Below are positions 17,297 to 23,289 of a DNA stretch of 23,289 bases, one piece after another. Under the pieces are notes generated by a model. The model worked only from the letters and a program-made list of their open reading frames with translations. It had not been told where the DNA came from and did not search any database. The translations under genes were made by a program, and so were the position numbers. Within the stretch, counting starts at the first letter, position 1. Each line of letters starts with the position of its first letter. This DNA is from Candidatus Iainarchaeum sp. (lineage in GTDB: Archaea; Iainarchaeota; Iainarchaeia; Iainarchaeales; JAGVWC01), in assembly GCA_018304465.1 (NCBI GenBank), contig JAGVWC010000015.1:1-23289 (forward strand), read 5' to 3'.

Positions 17297-17623
17297 ATGA
17301 CCCAAGCAATGATTGAAGATATCCGAAAAACCTGCAAACTATGCAATTCCTACCGGATGTTCAAAGCCCACGACAATTCGTACCGAAAACACGTCGAAGC
17401 GGGACTAGAAGACCTGCAACGCGGTTACACCAGCGAATTCGAAGAATTACGCCGAAGAGTCGGAACCAGCGACACCCAAGTCGCCAACGCCAAAGAAAAC
17501 AAATACTTCTGCATGGATTTAATCCCGATTTGCCGCGGATGCGACCGCGAAGAATCCCGCGTCGCCAACGAACTACGCGCATTGATTCCCCCAAAACCCG
17601 TAGCCGAACGACGGCTCATTTAA
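17297..17623 (+). CDS. Small hypothetical protein with two CxxC motifs (possible Zn binding), 108 aa
   Basis: CKLC near N-terminus and CRGC near C-terminus separated by a charged helical stretch; CTTTTATT upstream. Confidence 0.75.
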   Translation: MTQAMIEDIRKTCKLCNSYRMFKAHDNSYRKHVEAGLEDLQRGYTSEFEELRRRVGTSDTQVANAKENKYFCMDLIPICRGCDREESRVANELRALIPPKPVAERRLI

Positions 17624-17798
17624 CTATTTTTTGAACTATTCGTAGCCGATGGCCACCCACGCGACCAAAATTCGGAACCATGTTTTCGTTGCTGCAAAAC
17701 ACGCGTACACCGTGATTCGAATCCCCGCACGAATTCCCTGCAAAAGAATGCGAAGTAAAAAACAAGAAAACGAAAAAAAACAAAAAATATTTTTTCAT
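17616..17798 (-). pseudogene. Truncated relic of a beta-helix surface-protein gene (paralog of the 1..1659 gene)
   Basis: Signal peptide MKKYFLFFFVFLFFTSHSFA followed by GNSCGDSN, matching NSCGDSN of the 1..1659 gene, then a 1-nt deletion and decay. Confidence 0.55.
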
Positions 17799-17853
17799 TA
17801 AACAACAGGTTGTTTTGTCTATTTAAGAGTTTTTCGATCCCAAAAATACCTGT

Positions 17854-18504
17854 ATGCTGATTGCCGGAGTCGACGAAGCCGGACGCGGACCGTGTTTGGG
17901 CCCCTTGGTCATCGGAGTCGTCGTCATTGAAAAACAAGACGAGGAAAAACTGGTTGAAATCGGAGCCAAGGATTCCAAACAATTAACCAAAGACCAGCGC
18001 GAAGCCCAGTTTGAACCCATCAAAGCCGCGGCCGTGGAATACGGCACCATTCACATCGAAGCAAACGAACTGGATACCCTCATGGACCGCAAAAGCCTAA
18101 ACGAAATCGAAGCCATGAAAATCGGGGAACTTTTGAACCGATTACAACACAAACCCGAAATCGTTTTTATCGATTCGCCGGATCCGATTGCGTCCGCGTT
18201 CGGTAAACGCATTCAAAAATACCTTTCGTTTTCCTGTAAATTGCGCACCGAACACAAAGCGGACATCAATTATCCCGTGTGCTCCGCGGCATCGGTACTC
18301 GCCAAAGTCGAACGCGACAATGCCATTTCGCAAATCGCCGCCCAAAACGGATCCATCGGCTCCGGATACAGCCACGATCCCCAAACCATCGCTTTTTTAT
18401 CCGACTTTGTCACCACACACAACAGTTTACCTGTGTTCTGCCGGCACAAATGGGAAACCAGCCAGCGATTCCTCAATAATCGACGACAAACCAAGCTATT
18501 CTGA
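17854..18504 (+). CDS. rnhB: Ribonuclease HII
   Basis: AGVDEAGRGPCLGPLV, GAKDSK, LNEIE, FIDSPD, EHKAD..YPVCSAASVLAKVERD, GSGY; C-terminal QTKLF resembles a short PCNA-interacting box. Confidence 0.96.
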   Translation: MLIAGVDEAGRGPCLGPLVIGVVVIEKQDEEKLVEIGAKDSKQLTKDQREAQFEPIKAAAVEYGTIHIEANELDTLMDRKSLNEIEAMKIGELLNRLQHKPEIVFIDSPDPIASAFGKRIQKYLSFSCKLRTEHKADINYPVCSAASVLAKVERDNAISQIAAQNGSIGSGYSHDPQTIAFLSDFVTTHNSLPVFCRHKWETSQRFLNNRRQTKLF

Positions 18505-18552
18505 ATTCCTCGCAGGTAATAAAAAACGTTTCATTCCTAATGAATAATAAGG

Positions 18553-19053
18553 ATGAACGACATGGCGAAAAAAAACCAAAAATTTCCGGACATATTTCTT
18601 GATTTTGACAAAATCGAAGAAATGGTCGACAACATGATTACGCGCATGGAAGACAACGAAAACTTCGATCCAAACCAGCCGCTCGTCATGGGGTTTTCCA
18701 TCAAAATCGATCCCAATGGAGACACCCAATTCGTCGAAGTACAACCCCCCGAATCCGGCGAATCGTTGCTGGACGCGCAACCCACGCCGTTCGTTGAAAT
18801 CCAAAACCAAAAAAACGATTTTCGCATCACGATCGAAATGCCCGGCGTGCGAAAAGAAAGCATCCGATTAAACGGCGACAACAACGAACTGATTGTCAGC
18901 ACGCAAAACACGACGAAAAACTATTACAAGCGCATCCGTTTCCAGGAAGAACTCGAATTCGAGAAAGCCGACGCCGAATACAACAACGGAATCCTCGAAA
19001 TCACGATTCCGAAAAAAAATCCGAGTCGCCCAAACCCGATCGCGGTCAAATAA
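18553..19053 (+). CDS. Small heat shock protein, Hsp20/alpha-crystallin family (archaeal type)
   Basis: PLVMGFSIKIDPNG N-terminal motif, ITIEMPGVRKESI, YYKRI, AEYNNGILEITIPK, C-terminal I-x-V motif (IAV). Alternative start ATG 18562. Confidence 0.92.
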   Translation: MNDMAKKNQKFPDIFLDFDKIEEMVDNMITRMEDNENFDPNQPLVMGFSIKIDPNGDTQFVEVQPPESGESLLDAQPTPFVEIQNQKNDFRITIEMPGVRKESIRLNGDNNELIVSTQNTTKNYYKRIRFQEELEFEKADAEYNNGILEITIPKKNPSRPNPIAVK

Positions 19054-19056
19054 ACC

Positions 19057-19638
19057 TTATGGTTTGCCCGGAACATCCAGCGCCGAATCGTCAAAATTAG
19101 CGGTTTCCTGTGTCAACTGCGCGCCCAGTTCTTTGGCCAGCGCTTCCTCGTTTCCTTTCAACGCGTTCTTGCCGAACTGCTCCAAAAACTTTTTCGTGGT
19201 TTTAAGCAAAAACGTCCGGCCAAAAGGCGATTTTGAAACCAATCCTTTTTCAAGCAACAAATGAACATGATCGTATCCCTTGTTGTTTCGCAACTTGATC
19301 ACCAATGATTGTTTGATCGGCTGCTTAAAAGCGATCAACGCCAAGGTTTTCTGCACCGACTTGTTGAATTCGCTTGAAGCCGCCATGTGCTGGACGTTTT
19401 CCTCGAAATCGGACCGCACTTTCATCTGAAACGAACCTGACAAATCCACGATTTCCAACGCCGAATCCCTGCCGTTAAACTCGGTTAACAATTCTTTGGC
19501 GATCCGATGGGTCTCAAGCAACGACTCGTTTTCAATGACCTTGGCCATTTCCTCGATCGGCAAGGCTTTCGGAGACATGAACAATGCGGCCTCCAGGACT
19601 TTTTTGGCCGCAGGACCCACGGGCTTGGTATAAGACAT
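19057..19638 (-). CDS. scpB: SMC-Scp complex subunit ScpB
   Basis: KKVLEAALFMSPKAL, TLALIAFKQPIKQSLVIKLR, HVHLLLEKGLV, GRTFLLKTTKKFLEQFG. Start moved to ATG 19638 (TTTAAAAA box at 19674-19667; the longer ORF overlaps amrS). Confidence 0.92.
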   Translation of the reverse strand: MSYTKPVGPAAKKVLEAALFMSPKALPIEEMAKVIENESLLETHRIAKELLTEFNGRDSALEIVDLSGSFQMKVRSDFEENVQHMAASSEFNKSVQKTLALIAFKQPIKQSLVIKLRNNKGYDHVHLLLEKGLVSKSPFGRTFLLKTTKKFLEQFGKNALKGNEEALAKELGAQLTQETANFDDSALDVPGKP

Positions 19639-19738
19639 TCGATCGAAAAAATAATGCGGTTTTGAGTTTTTAAACGCTTCACCCAACCAAAAAAACCCTT
19701 CGAATCCATTTAAGGTTTTTTTCCCCCATTCAATAGTC

Positions 19739-20779
19739 ATGCATCCCGCTGTTTTATTCGAAAAAAAATCCGAATACTCAGTGAAATGCACGGCGTGCCG
19801 CTGGTACTGTTCCATCCCAAACGGAAAAACCGGTGTCTGTGGCATCCGAGAAAACAAAAACGGTTCGCTTTACCTCAAAACCTACGCCAAACCCGTCGCG
19901 ATCAACGTCGACCCCATCGAAAAAAAACCATTATTCCATTTTCTGCCCGGAACCGACATTTTTTCGCTTGGAACACTCGGCTGCAACTTTGCCTGCGAAT
20001 TCTGCCAAAATTGGGACATTTCGCAAGCCGTGCGAAAACACCACCAAGAAAATCCCGCAAAAACGCCCAGCGACTTGTTTGACATCGGACATCATTGGCC
20101 CCCGGAAAAAATCGTGGATTGCTGCGTTGAAAACCAGATTCCCTCAATCGCGTTCACGTATAACGAACCCGGCATTTTTTTCGAATACGCCTTTGACACC
20201 ATGAAACTGGGAAAAACCCACGGCCTCAAACACGTGTTCGTGTCCAACGGATACACGTCAAGCGAAGCCCTTCAAAAAATGGGAAACGACTTGAACGCGA
20301 TCAACATCGACCTCAAAAGCTATTCCGAAAAATTTTATCAAAAAAATTGCCATGCGCAGCTCGAACCCGTGCTTTCCTGCATCGAAGAAATCGCCAAAAG
20401 CAACACCTGGCTTGAAATCACCACGTTGGTGATTCCGGGAGAAAACGATTCTTCAAACGAACTTGCCCAAATCGCCGAATTTATTGCCAGCCAAAACCCG
20501 TTGATTCCCTGGCATGTCAGCGCCTTTCATCCCGATTACCACATGGACCACGTTCCAGCCACTCCCCGAAAAACCCTTGAAACCGCGTTTGAAATCGGAA
20601 AAAAAGCCGGTTTGGAATTCGTTTACATCGGAAACATGGAGTCCAAAGCCCAAAACACCGTTTGCCCGCATTGTCAAACGATTCTGATTCAACGCAAAGG
20701 ATTTAATATTTCGGAAAACCAATTATTGGGCGACCGGTGCCCAAAATGCGATCAAACGATTCCAGGAATCTGGAACTAA
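19739..20779 (+). CDS. amrS: AmmeMemoRadiSam system radical SAM enzyme
   Basis: CTACRWYC..GVCGIR, DPIEKKPLFHFLPG, GCNFACEFCQNWDISQ (CxxxCxxC), AFTYNEP, NIDLK, C-terminal CPHC/CPKC. Confidence 0.95.
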   Translation: MHPAVLFEKKSEYSVKCTACRWYCSIPNGKTGVCGIRENKNGSLYLKTYAKPVAINVDPIEKKPLFHFLPGTDIFSLGTLGCNFACEFCQNWDISQAVRKHHQENPAKTPSDLFDIGHHWPPEKIVDCCVENQIPSIAFTYNEPGIFFEYAFDTMKLGKTHGLKHVFVSNGYTSSEALQKMGNDLNAINIDLKSYSEKFYQKNCHAQLEPVLSCIEEIAKSNTWLEITTLVIPGENDSSNELAQIAEFIASQNPLIPWHVSAFHPDYHMDHVPATPRKTLETAFEIGKKAGLEFVYIGNMESKAQNTVCPHCQTILIQRKGFNISENQLLGDRCPKCDQTIPGIWN

Positions 20780-21576
20780 AAATCCGTCTTCCTGCCGTTG
20801 CCGGCGCATTTTATCCCGCGACGATTCGCCGCCTCGAAGAACAAGTCAACGCGCTGTTGTCCGGCGCGCCGGATCCCCCCGAAACAAACCGGTTGTTGCG
20901 CGGACTCATCTTGCCGCACGCCGGATACGTTTACTCCGGCTCCGTGGCAGCCGCCGGAATCAAACGCCTCCAACACCAATTCCGTGAAAAAGAAATCGAA
21001 TTACTGTTGCTGGGTCCAAGCCACTGCCTTTGGTTTGAAGGCGCAAGCCTTTCAAGCGACGACGCCTGGCAAACCCCCATCGGATTGGTTCCGATAAGCA
21101 AACGATCAAAAGAATTTTTCTCGGACATCGTTTTGGACATTCCGAAAGTCCATCAAGAAGAACATTGCCTGGAAGTCGAACTACCGTTCCTGCAAATTGC
21201 TTTGTCGGATTTTTCGATTATTCCGATCGTGACCGGGGAAATCGACCCCCAAAAACTCGCCGAAGAAATCCAACCATTGCTTTCAAACCGAACCGTGGTC
21301 ATCGCGTCAAGCGATTTAAGCCATTATCTGTCCTACGACGAAGCCATTGAAAAAGACAAATCCACGATCGAGTCCATTGTCGAAAAAGACATTCCGCAAA
21401 TGGAAAAAACCGGTGATGCCTGCGGAAAAAACCCGATTTTGATCCTGATGCGAATCGCCCAACAAAAAGGATGGACTCCCGAACTATTGGAATACAAGAA
21501 TTCCGGAGACACGGCAGGAGAAAAAAAAAGAGTCGTGGGATACGCGGCCATCGCGTACTGGGAGGAACCGAAATGA
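20746..21576 (+). CDS. amrB: AmmeMemoRadiSam system protein B (MEMO1 family)
   Basis: RLPAVAGAFYP, PHAGYVYSG, LGPSH, EHCLEVELPFLQ, IASSDLSHY, ACGKNPI, SGD..VVGYAA. Start uncertain (GTG 20737, ATG 20746 or CTG 20770). Confidence 0.93.
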   Translation: MRSNDSRNLELKIRLPAVAGAFYPATIRRLEEQVNALLSGAPDPPETNRLLRGLILPHAGYVYSGSVAAAGIKRLQHQFREKEIELLLLGPSHCLWFEGASLSSDDAWQTPIGLVPISKRSKEFFSDIVLDIPKVHQEEHCLEVELPFLQIALSDFSIIPIVTGEIDPQKLAEEIQPLLSNRTVVIASSDLSHYLSYDEAIEKDKSTIESIVEKDIPQMEKTGDACGKNPILILMRIAQQKGWTPELLEYKNSGDTAGEKKRVVGYAAIAYWEEPK

Positions 21577-22130
21577 TCGCGTTGGAACACCGAGAACTGC
21601 TGTTGACACTGGCCCGAAACAGCATCCAAGAATTTCTCGAACCCGTTTCAATGCCGTTTGAAACCAAAATTCCGACGGAATTATACGCCAAATCCGGCGT
21701 CTTCGTCACCCTCACCAAAAACAAGCAACTCCGCGGATGCATCGGAAGCCTTGGCCCAAGCCGCACGATCTGGAACCAGGTAAAACAAAACGCGTTGCTT
21801 GCCGCGTTTTCCGATTCGCGTTTTTCGCCGGTGGAACCCGACGAAGTGCCCCTTCTTAAAATCCAGATTTCCGTGTTATCCCCGCCAAAACCATTTTTTT
21901 TTTACACGGTTCAAGAACTCTTGCACAAGCTTGAAAACGAAAAACCCGGCGTGATCCTATCCAAAGACGCTTTTTCGGCGACGTTTCTGCCCAGCGTATG
22001 GAAAGAAATCCAAACATCCGAAGAATTTCTCTCGGAATTATGCCAAAAAGCGGGGCTTGGAAAAAACGAATGGAAACAACCGGGACTCAAAATCCAATTG
22101 TATTTTTCCGAAAGCTTTGAAGAAAAATAA
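21573..22130 (+). CDS. amrA: AmmeMemoRadiSam system protein A (AMMECR1 family)
   Basis: GVFVTL..QLRGCIG, AAFSDSRFSPV, ISVLSPP, ATFLPSVW, LCQKAGL. Start ATG 21573 (GGAGG SD at 21561-21565, ATGA overlap with amrB). Confidence 0.94.
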   Translation: MIALEHRELLLTLARNSIQEFLEPVSMPFETKIPTELYAKSGVFVTLTKNKQLRGCIGSLGPSRTIWNQVKQNALLAAFSDSRFSPVEPDEVPLLKIQISVLSPPKPFFFYTVQELLHKLENEKPGVILSKDAFSATFLPSVWKEIQTSEEFLSELCQKAGLGKNEWKQPGLKIQLYFSESFEEK

Positions 22131-22691
22131 TCAGCGGTCCAAAAACCATTTCTTGAAACCGTTCACGGCTTTCGCGCGATGCGAAATCGAATTTTTTTCT
22201 TCCATTGAAAACGAACTTAAGGGTTTTGAAAAACCATCCGGAACAATCAAACGCTCGTATCCCAGTTTGAAGCGTTCATGCGGACCCGCGGGCTTGTCAA
22301 GCAAAGACCCGAAGGATTTTCCGGAAAACACCTTGGTTTTCTTTCCATCCGTAAACACCAAAACGGTTTCAAAAAAAGCCCTTCGGCTTTTTCCTTCCAC
22401 CAACTTCAAAAGACCTTCCTGTCCAATCGCATTGTAAATGCGTTTGGCCATGGCCCCGGGAAAATTCGGAAACGCCTCGAAAAAAACACCCGTATCTTCA
22501 ACGATCAGCGGACACTTGAATTTTTCGAATGCCTGACGCGCTTTTTCCTTGGCAATCACCTCAATCGATTGTTCCGAATCCTCGAAAAAATCACAGTCGG
22601 CAAGCGACACGACGATTTCCGGCGCCAACACCGATGCCACTTCGTGGAATTTGTACTCGTTTCCCGAAACAAACAAAATCGACAAGACCAT
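22131..22691 (-). CDS. rdgB: Non-canonical purine NTP pyrophosphatase, HAM1/RdgB/ITPase family
   Basis: FVSGNEYKFHE, AKEKA, VEDTGVFFEAFPNFPG, EKNSISHRAKA. Start moved to ATG 22691 by family alignment and upstream TTTATT. Confidence 0.9.
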   Translation of the reverse strand: MVLSILFVSGNEYKFHEVASVLAPEIVVSLADCDFFEDSEQSIEVIAKEKARQAFEKFKCPLIVEDTGVFFEAFPNFPGAMAKRIYNAIGQEGLLKLVEGKSRRAFFETVLVFTDGKKTKVFSGKSFGSLLDKPAGPHERFKLGYERLIVPDGFSKPLSSFSMEEKNSISHRAKAVNGFKKWFLDR

Positions 22692-22743
22692 ATATACAAC
22701 AACCAAAGAAAAAGAATAAATGCCCTTGCCACAGAGCCCTACG

Positions 22744-23289
22744 TTATTTTTTGAAATATTCGTATCCGATCGCACCCAATGCCAGCACGATCACGCCGAT
22801 CGAAACCCACAAAATCGGATCGGATTCCGAAACCGGTTCTAATTGCCGTGAAATCTTTGAACAAACACCTTGCTTGCACACGCTTCCAATGTCGCACGGT
22901 TCGCCTTCGACTGCCCGCCATAACATTGGTTTCGAATGCAACGGGAAATCGAACACGACGTTGAAACCCCGCAATCCGAATCGCTTTCACACGCCTTGTT
23001 CTGCGGCGTTAATGGCACGGTTATCGAGTTTTGATTCCCCGTCGGACTCGGAACATTGACATCCACAATTTCAATAGACCCGCCACAGTCCCTCGGACAG
23101 GATTGAATGGTTTCTTGCACATCACAAATTCCGTTTCCACAACCGATTGCACAATCAAACGGACAACTAAAATTATTTTCGGTATGCGTGCACGCACGAT
23201 CCCCGCAAACGTTGGGACAATCCAAGGGACATACCGACGCATTTTCATCCACTTCACAAATATTGTTACCGCACGAAACACTCGTTGAA
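22744..23289 (-). CDS. Cys-rich repeat surface protein with C-terminal TM anchor; partial at right edge and interrupted by a -1 frameshift near 22915-22922
   Basis: Frame A is open from the window edge through three Cys repeats and CESDSDC..SRCIRNQCY; frame B continues EGEPCDIGSVCKQGVC..ILWVSIGVIVLALGAIGYEYFKK-stop. Confidence 0.75.
23085..23273 (-). repeat. Three tandem 19-aa CG(N/D)xxCxxxExxxxCPxDC repeats
   Basis: CGNNICEVDENASVCPLDC, CGDRACTHTENNFSCPFDC, CGNGICDVQETIQSCPRDC with 3-aa spacers. Confidence 0.9.

Noticed and set aside
19639-19857. 73-aa N-terminal extension of ScpB in the ORF track
   Set aside because: Overlaps amrS and the divergent promoters; family similarity begins after ATG 19638.
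21471-21572. Basic N-terminal extension of AmrA
   Set aside because: Lies inside amrB; GGAGG SD and ATGA coupling indicate ATG 21573.
22692-22775. Hydrophobic N-terminal extension of RdgB suggesting a membrane-bound ITPase
   Set aside because: It is translated T-rich promoter sequence overlapping the upstream gene end; the family fold starts at ATG 22691.
1-23289. CRISPR array, tRNA/rRNA genes, transposase, integrase or provirus
   Set aside because: No regularly spaced DNA repeats, cloverleaf/T-loop signatures or mobile-element motifs found by eye; a covariance-model scan was not possible.

Overview
Gene-dense archaeal chromosome segment. Archaeal TATA boxes, GGTGA/GGAGGT Shine-Dalgarno (SD) sites, archaeal-type ValRS/RNase HII/Hsp20, CGNxxC..CPxDC repeat proteins and many orphan surface proteins suggest a DPANN lineage, possibly Diapherotrites/Iainarchaeota-like (inference). 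Recognisable genes: valS, rnhB, Hsp20, scpB, the AmmeMemoRadiSam trio amrS-amrB-amrA and a HAM1/RdgB NTP pyrophosphatase. Between valS and rnhB lies ~13 kb of uncharacterised, mostly exported or membrane proteins. Its centrepiece is a translationally coupled minus-strand operon (207, ~1000 and 477 aa). The ~1000-aa protein has a signal peptide and a 342-residue lysine-free, Arg/Ala-rich region containing two hydrophobic segments, one with a GPVGW hairpin motif. Two paralogous, very basic coiled-coil proteins are transcribed divergently from this operon and are followed by a 909-aa exported repeat protein ending in a glutaredoxin-like CxxC domain. I hypothesise a host-contact/membrane-insertion module, which is unproven. 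Both window edges cut surface-protein genes: a beta-helix/Ig protein missed by the ORF track, and a Cys-repeat protein with a frameshift before its anchor. Several small gene relics are visible. No rRNA, tRNA, CRISPR array or transposase was found by eye.
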